Made by a program: the position numbers and the translations under genes
NCBI GenBank assembly: GCA_002245135.1
Contig: NGBS01000905.1
Location: forward strand, 1-64,000
Length of the DNA stretch: 64,000 bases
Reading direction: 5' to 3'
From: Proteromonas lacertae
Taxonomy: Eukaryota
Part shown: positions 10,401 to 22,758 of the stretch, in pieces
Layout: every line of letters begins with the position of its first letter
How positions within the stretch are numbered: the first letter of the stretch is position 1
The notes under the pieces: generated by a model
The model's database searches: none
Told to the model about the DNA's origin: nothing
Seen by the model: the letters and a program-made list of their open reading frames with translations, nothing else

Positions 10401-11928
10401 AACATCTACTTCATCTCTTTTAATATCATCATCATCATTATAATCGATTACTAATTCATCATTATTATCATCTTCTTCACCATTTTCTTCTTCTTCTTCT
10501 TCTTCTTCTATTTCCATTACTTGTTCACTTTCTTCATTTTCATCATCTTCTTCTTCACCACCTTCATTATCTTGATAATTAAAAGCATAATAATGGTTAT
10601 TATTACCACGGTTTGATATATTCAGTTGAAATGGCTTTTCAGAACGATAAAATAGTTTTGTACAACTATTCTCCATCTTAATTAATGAATCAATTAATTT
10701 TTTATTCTTTTTACTCAACCAACTTACATTCAACAGATAGTAAATGTATATTAGCTTATTGTAACTATTGTAATGGTTTATCATTTTTATTAAGTTCTCT
10801 ATAAACATAACAGAATATATAAATTATACTTTCACTTGTAATAACATTATCATATACTATTTTATCTTTCATTTCATAATCATTTGATATTAATTCATAT
10901 ACAAAATCTACATTTCTCACCAATATATTCAGCATTTTATCTTCATTCAATTCTTCTTTCATTTCTTTAGAGAAATAGATCTGCAACTCTTTTATTGTTG
11001 GTCTTTTCTTAGGATTTGTATCTAAACATTTCTCAAGTATTTTGAAGTATTTTGATATATCTTCAGTATAATTACTATATAATAATCCATTTTTGTTGAA
11101 GATCATATAATGTAATAATACTCCTATACTGAATACATCGCTTTTATTGCTTATTTCTTTGTTTTGTAGTATTTCTGGAGATATGAAAAATAAGTCTTTA
11201 TATGTATAGCTTTCTATTCTATTTAAGTCATTTTCACAGTAATTACTAAGTAAATAATTACCTTCATCAGTTATTAAAACATTAGAAGGCTTGATTCTTC
11301 CATGAATTAAATTCAACTCATCTAATAAACACAATTCATTGGATATTTCATTAAATACACTTTCGATATTCTCGTCTGTATATTTATCTATTCTTTCTAT
11401 CGAACCATTCTTATAATATGGTGTGTATATTGTCAAATCATTATTTAATACTTCTATATTAACATAGACAAAAGGATTTATAAAAGAAGTAACAAGATTC
11501 ATTGCATCAATCTAAATATAGTTTTATTAAAGTATACATACATAACTACATAGGATATCATGACTGTAATAGCTCTTATTGTATATCTTCGCTATCTTCT
11601 CATCATGTTGTTTATCTTCTATATACAATGTTTGAAAATATTTAGTTGTCTTTATAGAATTTAATATCTATCATATATCATCAAAAATCATACTTTAAGA
11701 CTATGAAGTGAATTTGGATTTTTCTAATAGAATATATTCCTATATTTGTACATTTACGCTTTCATCATTGCAATTTATATTCATTGAATAAAATGGAGCA
11801 ATTAATAATGAAAAAATGAACGAAATTGAAATGAGTGATTTGATAGGAATCAAGCCTACATAGAATAATAAGAATAAAATTGTTATTATGATAGCAATAC
11901 AGAGCAAAATATATTCAAATTCATACAC
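7462..11928 (-). CDS. Multi-exon pseudokinase + RNI-like leucine-rich-repeat protein, possibly with N-terminal TM helices
   Basis: Kinase fold with IHGRIKPSNV (no catalytic Asp), LSNY for DFG, SPE and SDVFSIG; acidic linker; many LxxLxLSxNxIxDxG repeats in exons separated by short introns. Linkage of the 11740..11928 hydrophobic exon is uncertain. Confidence 0.75.
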
Positions 11929-12061
11929 TTATATCAACAATACATATTCAAAATGTAGAAATTATTAAAATAATCATATAATGTTGAAAAATTCTTTTGA
12001 CAATTCTTTACATAAATACAGTTAATAGAATAAATAAGGCATATATAGCTTAAATTAACAC

Positions 12062-13210
12062 TTATAATACAGTATCATCTTCATCATTCTTTATTTCATC
12101 TTCTTCATCACTCACATATTGTAATACTCCATGATATTTTACTCTTTTACCATATAATTCATCAATAATATCTATAAAACTTCTATAAAACTCACTCAAT
12201 TCATCTTCATTTTCAATTCGATGAATTTTTTTCTTGTTCTCTAATCCTATCATATAAAGGTTGTTTTTATTCATTTCTTTCATTTTATCATTCTCTTCTT
12301 TCAACGTTTTATAAAGAAACCGTTTCAATCTTTCTAATAACATCTCATCTTTCTTTATCTCATTGATAGACTTCAAAAATCTTTTTCTTAAATATTCATC
12401 ATTCATTTCTTTAATATTATTTCTTATCTCGTTTTTAACTCGCTTATAATTATTATATTTTGTCATTTCTATTACTTTATTTCGAATTATATCATGTTTA
12501 TATATTGAATAATTCTCAGATGGAATTCCTTCATCTTTATTGTTTATTTCATTCATCCATCTATCCACTATTAATCTACTATCACTTTCTATTTCGATTA
12601 TATCGATATGAATTAATTTCTTTTCATCTAAAATATAATTTTCTATTACAGATATTATCTTTTCTGGATAAAATACATTACCAATATCAAATACAAATCT
12701 TACACTAGTTGTATCAAATAGTTTCTTTATTATTTCTAATATATATGGTTGTAATGTATTTAACCAAATATTTAAATCTATTTCTTCACTTATTTCATTT
12801 CTATCATAATTACAATGACTTAACTCATCTTGTTGAATATATAAACACTCATTATTATATAAAAGCGATTCTATACACTCATGAAATGAGGAATTACATT
12901 TTTCAAACCAACTATAGAAATTATTTATAGTCAAGACTTCATCTATACGACTGTCACTTCTTATTGGACAATCATCTATATATATCATATGTATCAGTTG
13001 TTTCAAATTCTTTAAAACTTCAACTATTCTATTCTCATCATAACGACTTGGAACATCAATTTCATCAAATGAAAAAGTAGTCCACTTCTCTTCTTCACAC
13101 AAATCATATCTTCCATTCTCATCTTCTAACCATTTTCTCATTTGGGTTGATCCAGAACCAGATATACCTATTAAACACAATAAGTGAACAACTCTAGATT
13201 TTAATGGCAT
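12062..13210 (-). CDS. Hypothetical protein with degenerate P-loop-like N-terminus and coiled-coil C-terminus
   Basis: Intronless ~380-aa ORF; first ATG at 13210; LLCLIGISGSGST resembles Walker A without the Lys. Confidence 0.6.
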   Translation of the reverse strand: MPLKSRVVHLLCLIGISGSGSTQMRKWLEDENGRYDLCEEEKWTTFSFDEIDVPSRYDENRIVEVLKNLKQLIHMIYIDDCPIRSDSRIDEVLTINNFYSWFEKCNSSFHECIESLLYNNECLYIQQDELSHCNYDRNEISEEIDLNIWLNTLQPYILEIIKKLFDTTSVRFVFDIGNVFYPEKIISVIENYILDEKKLIHIDIIEIESDSRLIVDRWMNEINNKDEGIPSENYSIYKHDIIRNKVIEMTKYNNYKRVKNEIRNNIKEMNDEYLRKRFLKSINEIKKDEMLLERLKRFLYKTLKEENDKMKEMNKNNLYMIGLENKKKIHRIENEDELSEFYRSFIDIIDELYGKRVKYHGVLQYVSDEEDEIKNDEDDTVL

Positions 13211-13267
13211 GTCATTATAATGCAATTAATAATCGAATAATGAAATATTCTTTCAAAAATGATAGAT

Positions 13268-13331
13268 ATGTTTGATTCTTAGTTTGTGAAAATGAAACGA
13301 CTATAAATTTGAAATATGAATTTGAACTGAA
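13268..13331 (+). repeat. ~64-bp direct repeat, second copy at 19221-19284
   Basis: ATGTTTGATTCTTAGTTTGTGAAAATGAAACGACT...TTTGAAATATGAATTTGA occurs at both sites with ~3 mismatches. Confidence 0.9.
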
Positions 13332-13813
13332 CTGGTAGTAAATAGGATATAAAAATCTTTAAGAGTAATATTATTGTTATTTATAATGTATAGCTGTAGT
13401 TATGGAATAAAATTATACTCGAATTCTTTAATTCTGTTATTTAAGTTGAATATCTCTATTAATTCATCATATTGATAATCATTTACTCATTTTGTGATTG
13501 GATTTGAAAAATAAAGCAAAAAGAAAAATCAAGAAAAACAAAATACAACTATGAATGTTATACAACTGCATATTATTAGTTGATACATTTAATATTTGGA
13601 ATTAATTGTGTTATAAATCATGAAGTTGTATGAACATTTGATGTAACAATAGAATTGGTATATAATATAAGTTGATTAATGATATTATTGCTCAATGAAT
13701 CATGTGCTGAAATGAGTTATTCATAATATAATTAAAATATGTAAAAATCATGTAAAAATTCTATTTTGATTATCAAGAGTATTTTTAACTAAACAGATTA
13801 AAATAATATCAAA

Positions 13814-16800
13814 ATGTTATTCTTAGTCAATTGGCTGATATTGTTGGTTGGTTCTTCATGTATATATAATGTAGAATCTATATAATATAGATGCACTAAC
13901 TCAATTTACATGTAATAAAACTTCAGACATTCATTTATTTAGAAATCAAAAGGTTAATATACCATTCAAATGTTCTCAACAAATTGGAACTGTCGAAATT
14001 ATACCTAAATTACCTAAAGGTCTTGAATTGGTAAAAGATAGAATAGTTGGAATGTTGAAAGAAAGATGCAAAGATTATATTTACAAAGTTCATATCACTT
14101 CAGCCCAAACCTCTGATAGTTATGATGATGAATTTACTCTTGGTTCTATAACTCATTTAAGAGAATATAAGAAAGGAGTTAAAGAAAGTCAAGCTATTGA
14201 AGATTATATTACACTCAGTAGTTATTGGTATGTATATACTTACCCTACAGGTGAACCAGGCAAAGATTGGATAGATCCTTCTTTCAATCCAGCTGTTAGT
14301 CCATATGAATGGATTTATACACCAGCTAACAATTTGCCTACTAACATAGGTCAAAAGTATGTATTTTATAAAACCAGCTTTACATATACGAATGATGTAA
14401 TTGATAATATGAAACAAATGTTAGGAACAATCAGTGTAGATGGTGCATTTGGAATAATGATAAATGGTCATCGAATATTCAGTAAAGGTATTAGTTTAGA
14501 TGATTTTGGTGATTTCAATAAAACTGCATATCGTAATGTATCTGTAGAAGACTATGAATTATATATGCCTTTAGAATTATTCATATATGGTGAAAACACA
14601 ATAGAAATCGCAGTTCATGCTTACGAAGGTGAAGAAGATAAAGAGAAGCGATTTTCCTTTACTTTATCTGCTTGGTCATCAACAGATGAACTAGTGGTTC
14701 AAACATTATCAAGTGTAGGATCTGGAGGAATGAATATGACAGTAGAAAAACAAGGTGAAACAAAGAATCCAGAATTTGAATATTTAATAGATTTAAAAAA
14801 TACCAAATTTCAGTTAGCTGGTATATATGGTGATGAATCATCAATATTTCCAAACAAAATAACATGTTCATTTCCAAACCATGCTAAATATTTTAATAAT
14901 TTGGTATTAGGTACAGTATCAAATAACGTTGTATTTCCAAAAACATTTACAGTTGAAGGAACAATGGATATGGTTGGAGAAAAAGGAGTTGATTCGGTAT
15001 GGGAAGAGATATTTAGTGAAACTAGAGATAAACCTGATGGATATCCAACCACAGCTATGATTTCTTGGGATATGAATAATCCAAATTTCCATTTATATGA
15101 AGGTTATAGATTGAATATTAAAAGTAATTTTGAATATAATGTTTTATATGGAAACTATTTAGAAATGACTCAATTTGTTGTGAAATATAAAAGTATGGTG
15201 AATTGTATTGAAGATGAATATTCAAGTGCTGTTATGGGAAGTTATGGTACTAAGTTTTGTCCAGAAGATGAATATGGATATATAAAGAAAGAATGTACAG
15301 CTGATGGATTTAGTAATGAAGAAATAAATGAATGTAAACCAAAACAAATATCCAATCTTGTATATCCAAATGATGGTATTACTAAATTTTATGTTAATTA
15401 CAATAATACATTTGTTCCAACATATGAAGGTTTAGCAAAGTCATTCTCAATTGATTGTGGTGAAGAACATACAGAATTTAAAGTAAACAAATATGGTGTT
15501 GTTTATTCTGTACCTCTTTTTACATATGAAGATGTTAGTTGTATTGTCTCTTATATAGGTGACAATGGAGATGAAGGTCAAGCATCAGTAACAATATCAA
15601 GTGAGAGTATTCATTAAGTTTTTATTATATGTATTTAATAGATCAGTATTGTGAAGAAGAGAATTATCCAGTAACCATTGCAGGAGAATATGTAGAAATA
15701 TCCAAGTGTAAAGATTTAGATGAATTATTTGATAATAATGCAGGGAAGTACTATTGTTATCCAGCATTTCCTCCTAAATTTGTCGCTACTGATAGATGTA
15801 GTATGTTTTATTGTTTTTAGTTGTATTAATTAATAGAATATGATAAACCCATACTTAAATATGCAGAAACAGAATACGAATTTGTGAAAGAAACTGAAAT
15901 TACACCAGTTGAACCATTAAGCATCGAACTACGTCATACAAGGATATATTTCTCAAAGGAAACTCCTCAAGGATTCAAAATCGATCCAGAAACTGGTGTA
16001 ATAAGTGGTACAACTGAATCTTTAACAAATACCTATAAAACTGAAATAACAATTGAAAATGAAGATACATATAGTATAGTAAGATTAACCATAAAAATAG
16101 TGAATAAATTAACAACATCCATCGTATATAGTGACATGAATCTATATACAGGTGTTAGATTTAGAAGTCCACCTCCAACAATTGAATCTGATTCAACAAT
16201 AGGAAGTTGTTCAATTGAACCACCGTTACCTGAAGGATTAACATTAAGTTGTAAAACAGGAATTATATCTGGAACAAACACTGATCAATTAGATGGTTAT
16301 GAAGCCAAACATATAGTTAGTAATAGTGGTGGAACAAGTAGTAATGAATTTACAATAAAAATCACAGCCAAATATTGTGATGCTGAAGATGGATTTGCAG
16401 TGACATTTCCAGGTGAAACAGGTACTAAACCATGTTCAACATTAGGAGAAGAAGGAAAAGAATATGGAGATATAACCAGAGTATGTAAAATAATCGATAA
16501 AACAACATATGATGTAGAATGGGAAGATCCATCCAATTCTGGTTGTCGTATATTTATTTTATAATTATTATTTATTATAATAGACGAAGCATATCCACAA
16601 TCTTTTGAAATACCAGAGTCAGCATTAACAGTTGTAACAGATGGTCCTAAATCTGTAAAGCTTACAGTAGTACCTGAAGGTGTTAATTATAAAATAACAT
16701 TAGATCCTCCTCCTCCATCTAGTACTATCGCTGCTGGTAATGTAATAATGTTTCCTTCAGGAAGTTCATATATGGAAACTGCTAGTGTAACACTAAGTAG

Positions 16801-19094
16801 TGATGTTGAAATTACTCATCAATATGATTTCAAAGTCTATGCTCCAGTCTGTGAGGGAAATGGTTTTCCAAGAACACAAGTTAAGAAAACAGCAACTAAG
16901 AAATGTACACCTCCTCTTTATGGAACAGTAATAGGAACATGTCAAGAAGCTAATCCTCCTCCATATTTATTTACTGAAGATGATAGTGGATGTCATAATT
17001 CTCCTTATCCAACCAATGTGGAATGGAATATTCCAGATAAATTATATGTAGCATTTGCATTAACAAAAATTGATCCAATAATAAGTGATGCCTCCGGATA
17101 CAATATCGTTTGAATGGAAAGATGGTATATCACCAGGTGGTATAAGATTAGATGGTAAGACAGGTGTAATAACTGGAACTCCTACTCAAGATACTCAAAG
17201 TTCACCTGAATTTGTAATAATAGTTCATGGAGATGCTGATGTAGAATATAAATTAGTGATAAATGTAATTCAATTAAGATGTGAAGCAACAGATACTTAT
17301 CCAGAAGTTAATGCTGGTGAAATAGCTAAGGGAAGTTGTAAGCAAGGAGAAGAAGGTACAATGAATGCAAGATGTACAATTAAACAGTCTGGTAGTGATT
17401 ATATTGCTGTATTTATACCTCTTGATAATACTTGTAAAGAAGCTAAACCAGTATTTACCTATACTGCTCAAGAGAAAGGATATAGATTAGGAAAAGATGA
17501 AATTAATTTGATTCCAGAGTATGATGCAAACATATTTCCATTGTTGACATGGACATTTGAAAATTTACCAGATGGTGTAAGTGGTAATCCAGCTGATGGA
17601 TCAATAAAAGGAATTCCAACATCAACTAATCCTATAGATAATATTCAAATAATCGGTATTACAGCATCTACAGGTAATAAAGAATCTGATCCATTTCCTT
17701 TGATAGTGTATATTGCTGATGATTATCGATGTGTTGCTAAAGGTAAATATCCAACATCTGTGAAAGGATCTAAATTTGATTCACCATGTTTAGATGGTAA
17801 AATAGGAAATCAAAGAATAGAATGTTTGAGTGGTGGTGTTTGGAGTGATTTATTAACAACTAACTGTACAAATCCAATTATTCATAATGAAGAAAATAAT
17901 TTATCAGTTGTTTTTAAATTTACTGCCAAAAGAGTGACTATTGATGATTTATTAATGGAAGATATTGAAGGATTAAGACAAGGTATTTGTGCAGTTTTAG
18001 GTATAAAAGATAATTGTAAAAATCGAGTTCAAGTAGTTGCAGTGAAAAGCAATGGTAGAAGAAGAATTCTTGTTGATGAATCAGTAGAATTTAATGCTTA
18101 TATAGTAACAGATAAAGAAACAGTTACACAAGCAAGAGTTGAAGAAAATTTACCTAATTTCCAAGCTAAAAAGACTTTCTTAGATGCCTTTGCCACAGCA
18201 TTTGATAAAGATGACACTACTTCTAAATTGAGTAGTGTATTAAATGAAATTGTTGCACCTAAACAAAAAGTAACAATACCAGAGATAATAACTGAAGCAA
18301 CAACAATCCCTTCTACAATTATAGAAACAACTACTAATCCAGATTCAATTACAGTAACTACTAATATTCCAATAGAATCAACTACCAATCCAGATACAGT
18401 CACTGATTTAACAACTAATCCTTCACCAATTACAGAAACATCTACAAATCCTGATGTAATAACTGAATCAACATCAAAGCCTTTTCTTAAAGGTGAAATA
18501 ACAATGGTAATAGTAATAAAAAATGCAACAGATAGTAGTTTATCTAATGAATTAATCAAATCGATCAAAATTGTTTTTATTCAATTTTATTTTGAAGTAT
18601 TTAATATAAAAATAACTGAAATACAATTACAAATAGATATTGAACAAATAGACAATTTACTTATCAGAAGATTATTATCAAGTGATATGAAAATAAATAT
18701 AAAGATTACTACAGATAATGAAGAAGAATATATCATATATAAGTCTAAATCAGAAGTATTTGTTGATAGTTTTAAGAATGATCTATCAAATGAATCTAAT
18801 TTGCCATTGAAATTACTTGACAAAATGAAAAATGATGTTTATTTGAATGATGTTTTCAAATATTCAGTAATGGATGATTTAGATTATCATAGTTATGAAT
18901 ACTATGATAATCCAACAAAAGAAGCAGAAGATAGTGATAAAAATGATTGGATATTAATTGTGGGTATTGTTGTTGGACTTCTTTGCGTTATTATTGTTAT
19001 ACTTGTGATTATAATACTTGTATTAGTAATAAGACCAAAGAAAGCATCTCATAGTAATAGTAGCATTGATAAAACATATACACCAAGAGTATAA
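13814..19094 (+). CDS. Large type I membrane surface protein: jelly-roll-like N-terminal region, alternating putative Ig (He_PIG-like) and Cys-rich modules, Thr-rich stalk, TM
   Basis: Signal peptide at 13814; repeated LPxGLxxDxxTGxIxGT motifs; CxxxxxYP...C...G...C modules; TTNP repeats at ~18290-18480; TM WILIVGIVVGLLCVIIVILVIIILVLVI. Short introns and one frameshift near 17090. Confidence 0.8.
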
Positions 19095-19283
19095 TTATAA
19101 ATGTTTCATTACTTTCCATATTCATAGTTTTTGTTGTTGTTGTTGTTTTATTATCTTCTTTTATGATATTTTCTCAATTCAGTTTATCTTTATTGAGATG
19201 ATCTTTTAAATAATATAGAAATGTTTGATTCTTAGTTTGTGAAAATGAAACGACTCTACATTTGAAATATGAATTTGAGCTGA

Positions 19284-21422
19284 ATGGAAGAAAAGGAAGA
19301 AACAGAAACACCTCCAGAGCATTTTAATTTCTATTTACATAATGTAACTATAATTTTGGAAGAAAGTATTACACGAAATCAAAATTTGTTTGCTGTTGAG
19401 GAACTATCATTATATAATTCCTTTAAAAGATTAAAGTCAAATTCAGCTATTCTATTAGCAAGAATGTTTACCAGAAAAAGAGTATGGTTCTTAGATAGCC
19501 AAATTGACTATTATGTATCAGATTTTATGGATTGTAAATCTGAATTATTGAATGAGTCACTGTTGACAAATCCATCAGAAGAAGATGTAGTTACTATTAC
19601 TGAATCTTTGTCATTGAAGGAATTAAAAGAAATTCATACAAAAATCAATCCTCTGTCGAAATTATCAAATAGGACACAAATATTACAAAGCCTAAAATCA
19701 TTTTTAAAGCAAAAACTATTGTTTTCTGAATCACCTTCACATCGTTTATTGTCAGTTACTTTAAAAGTAGTAAAATCAATCGTTTCAATCTCTCCTTTGT
19801 TTAAAACACTGTATAATAGATGTTCTATGTTATTTTTCATGACTCCTTATTTTATATCTGGTGATTTACCAGCTCAAAATTCAAAATTGTTGTTGGAAGA
19901 ATTAAATAAAGTAAAATATCCACCACATAATGTGAATATAACCATACCAATATTTAAAGAAAGAAATGATATGATAAAGTATATATATATAATATTATTT
20001 TCTATTCATTTATATATTAGTTTTGAAAATGCATGTAAAGAATATAATAAAATGTCAGATGAAAATGACGAAATTGATTATGGAATGATAAAAGAATATC
20101 TTCTCAATTCACAGAATAAACAAATCAAAATCAATCCTTTATATTCATTATTTTCAGCAGAATATACATACGTTTCTATATTATGTCATCACATTGATGA
20201 TTTAGAAAAAGAAAAGAAGTATGAAGAAGCAGTAAAAGAAATTGAATTTCTTTTAAACTTTGAATATATATCTTATAAAAGATCAAAATTGATTGATAGA
20301 TATTGTACTAATTTAGAACATTTGAAAAGACAAAAAGACAGTTTGATGTTTTGTTATACTGTCTTAAATCAAAATGAATATAAAATAGATGATGTTACTA
20401 GATATGAAATAATTAAAAGAATAAAAAAATTAAACAAATATTCGACAGAAATAAATAATTTACCAAAAGAAATACCAGAAATATATGATCCAAAAAATAT
20501 ACCTATTACCTATTTGAAAGCAGAACCAACCAATAGAAATGCAGGACAAAAGAGTCGTTATTATAATGAAAAAGATGAATGTGTGGGTGTTGAAGCATTA
20601 GGAATTGAATATTATAATAAATTAGGTTATGTTGGATATCACAGTGAAGGTAGTGTTTATAGATATTTCTTTATTCTTCTATTCTGGGATATTATGTATG
20701 AAGATATTCCAAATGTATTTCATAACAAATTTCAATATTTTCCAATTGATTTATACTGTGATGAATTGTTTTATGAAAATAGAAAAGAAATGATTGATAA
20801 TAGGTTGAAATGTATTTCTGAAATGAAAAATGAAGGATTGAAAGAGGAATTGTATAATAGTTATATGAAATGTAAAGATTATACAGTTCCAAGTATGAAT
20901 TTTGATAAATATCCAATAGAAGAAATTATAAAAATAGGAATAGGGTTTGGAGGTGAAAAAATATCAAAAATATTATATAAGTTATGCAAAAATCATAGTG
21001 TGTATACAACAGGTTTACCTGATTTAGTGCTATACAAATATAATAGTTTGAAATGTGATTATTGTTTGAATAATAATAATAGTTTTGATATATTGAAATG
21101 TAAATGTGAATTTATATCAAAAATGGTTGAAGTTAAAGGAGAAAGAGATCATCTATCAACTATACAAATACTATGGTCAGAATATTTGTTAGAAAATGAA
21201 ATAGATTTTGAAATGCTAAAAGTAGGTGGTAATAATCTAATTGTTGAAGAGGAAGTAGAATCTGAGAATCATTTATTAGATTTGAATATAAAAGCTAAAA
21301 GGAGAAGTAAGTCAGAGAAGAGAGTGAGAAAGAAAAGAAAAACAAAAAAGATTAAAAAAGAGGATGTAATTGAAATTGAAGATGATGACGATGATTTTGA
21401 AGATGTTATAGATTTAACTTAG
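19284..21422 (+). CDS. FAN1: Fanconi-associated nuclease 1 (VRR-NUC domain)
   Basis: GYHSEG, LLFWDI, FQxFPIDL, TGLPDL, VEVKGERDHLSTIQ motifs; a probable in-frame intron at ~19979-20020 is read through in the ORF track. Confidence 0.9.
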   Translation: MEEKEETETPPEHFNFYLHNVTIILEESITRNQNLFAVEELSLYNSFKRLKSNSAILLARMFTRKRVWFLDSQIDYYVSDFMDCKSELLNESLLTNPSEEDVVTITESLSLKELKEIHTKINPLSKLSNRTQILQSLKSFLKQKLLFSESPSHRLLSVTLKVVKSIVSISPLFKTLYNRCSMLFFMTPYFISGDLPAQNSKLLLEELNKVKYPPHNVNITIPIFKERNDMIKYIYIILFSIHLYISFENACKEYNKMSDENDEIDYGMIKEYLLNSQNKQIKINPLYSLFSAEYTYVSILCHHIDDLEKEKKYEEAVKEIEFLLNFEYISYKRSKLIDRYCTNLEHLKRQKDSLMFCYTVLNQNEYKIDDVTRYEIIKRIKKLNKYSTEINNLPKEIPEIYDPKNIPITYLKAEPTNRNAGQKSRYYNEKDECVGVEALGIEYYNKLGYVGYHSEGSVYRYFFILLFWDIMYEDIPNVFHNKFQYFPIDLYCDELFYENRKEMIDNRLKCISEMKNEGLKEELYNSYMKCKDYTVPSMNFDKYPIEEIIKIGIGFGGEKISKILYKLCKNHSVYTTGLPDLVLYKYNSLKCDYCLNNNNSFDILKCKCEFISKMVEVKGERDHLSTIQILWSEYLLENEIDFEMLKVGGNNLIVEEEVESENHLLDLNIKAKRRSKSEKRVRKKRKTKKIKKEDVIEIEDDDDDFEDVIDLT

Positions 21423-21552
21423 GCATATTTATATTTTTATGAATAAATTGTGCGATTGTTGCGGTGAATGGAAGAGAAAACTAACAAAAACAATACAATT
21501 CAACAAGCCGTAATCAAACTTTTTTGTTTTTTATTCTTTTTCTCATTTATAT

Positions 21553-22704
21553 ATGTCATTAAATCACCAAAAAGTGTTATTTATGTTGTTATTATACGTT
21601 ATATTAAGTAAATGCAAGACTATTTACCTTTATGAATATAATTTATGGAATGATTCTAAACCACTAGGAAATTTACCTCCTAAATACATTCAAACATATA
21701 ATTATGATACAATGACCTCAATACAAATACCAGTACATCAATACAGAGTAGTGAATAAAAAGTCAGCTGAAATGAAACCAATAATCCTTTCCTTTGCTGC
21801 AAATTATGATATATATAAATTACTTATGTTTACAACAAGTATAAGGAAATATTATGATGGAAAGGTGTTATTCTTTGTTAGTGAAACAAATGATACAAAG
21901 TTCTATCATTTTCTTTCTTATTTCCAAATTGATTATGTTAATTTAACAAACATATATCCATATTACAGTGTAAATAATTTAAAATATCCAATTTATCAAT
22001 CAGCATTTATATTTCCTAAGAGAAAAGCATTATTGAATGAATGGGGAGTTATTAGATTGTTTATTTTAAAAGAATGGTTAAGATCATATGGATCAGACTA
22101 TTCAAACTTCTTATTATGCGATAGTAGAGATATTATATTTCAAGGAAATCCATTCAATTGGAATATTGGAAATGGATTGTATTTTACAGAAAATGTAAGA
22201 GGATATAGTATTAAAGATAGTGGATGGAATGTAAATATGTTTATGAATTTCAAATATGGATATAAATATATTGATAATATACTGCTATGCAGTGGAGTAA
22301 TATATTCTAATTATGAAGGAATAATGTGGTGGTATAATAAAGTATATTCATTTATGGAGAATAATGTAATTGTAAGTGATCAGAATAATATGAATTATAT
22401 ATTTTATCATTTAAGCCAAACTGAAGTTGATGATATTCACATATTTATATTATGTAATGAGTATGGACCAGTAAGGAATCTTGCTACAGATGCTTTAATA
22501 GATGAAGAAAGAAGTAAAACAAAAGATGACAGTATGATATATAATTTGGATAAGAGTATACCTTATATTATTCATCAATATGATAGAAACGGAAAATTAT
22601 ATGTAGATTATGTTAAAAAACATTGCAGCAAGTATATACAATACGTTAAAGACTATTTCAAAATTAATGCAAGTGATGTTGACAAAATTCTTAATAATGA
22701 GTAA
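21553..22704 (+). CDS. Putative GT-A glycosyltransferase with N-terminal signal/anchor
   Basis: LLCDSRDIIFQGNPF, LCSGVI, SDQ and IIHQYDR motifs. Confidence 0.65.
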   Translation: MSLNHQKVLFMLLLYVILSKCKTIYLYEYNLWNDSKPLGNLPPKYIQTYNYDTMTSIQIPVHQYRVVNKKSAEMKPIILSFAANYDIYKLLMFTTSIRKYYDGKVLFFVSETNDTKFYHFLSYFQIDYVNLTNIYPYYSVNNLKYPIYQSAFIFPKRKALLNEWGVIRLFILKEWLRSYGSDYSNFLLCDSRDIIFQGNPFNWNIGNGLYFTENVRGYSIKDSGWNVNMFMNFKYGYKYIDNILLCSGVIYSNYEGIMWWYNKVYSFMENNVIVSDQNNMNYIFYHLSQTEVDDIHIFILCNEYGPVRNLATDALIDEERSKTKDDSMIYNLDKSIPYIIHQYDRNGKLYVDYVKKHCSKYIQYVKDYFKINASDVDKILNNE

Positions 22705-22758
22705 TTTAAACAATTTAAAACCAAAAAAACAACAAAAATCACATTATAATGAATAATA

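Noticed and set aside
14157..18823. Antisense ORFs in the track (here and at 1234, 24370, 48191, 53638, 61391 and others)
   Set aside because: Shadows of real genes on the opposite strand, with low-complexity F/L/I/S composition.
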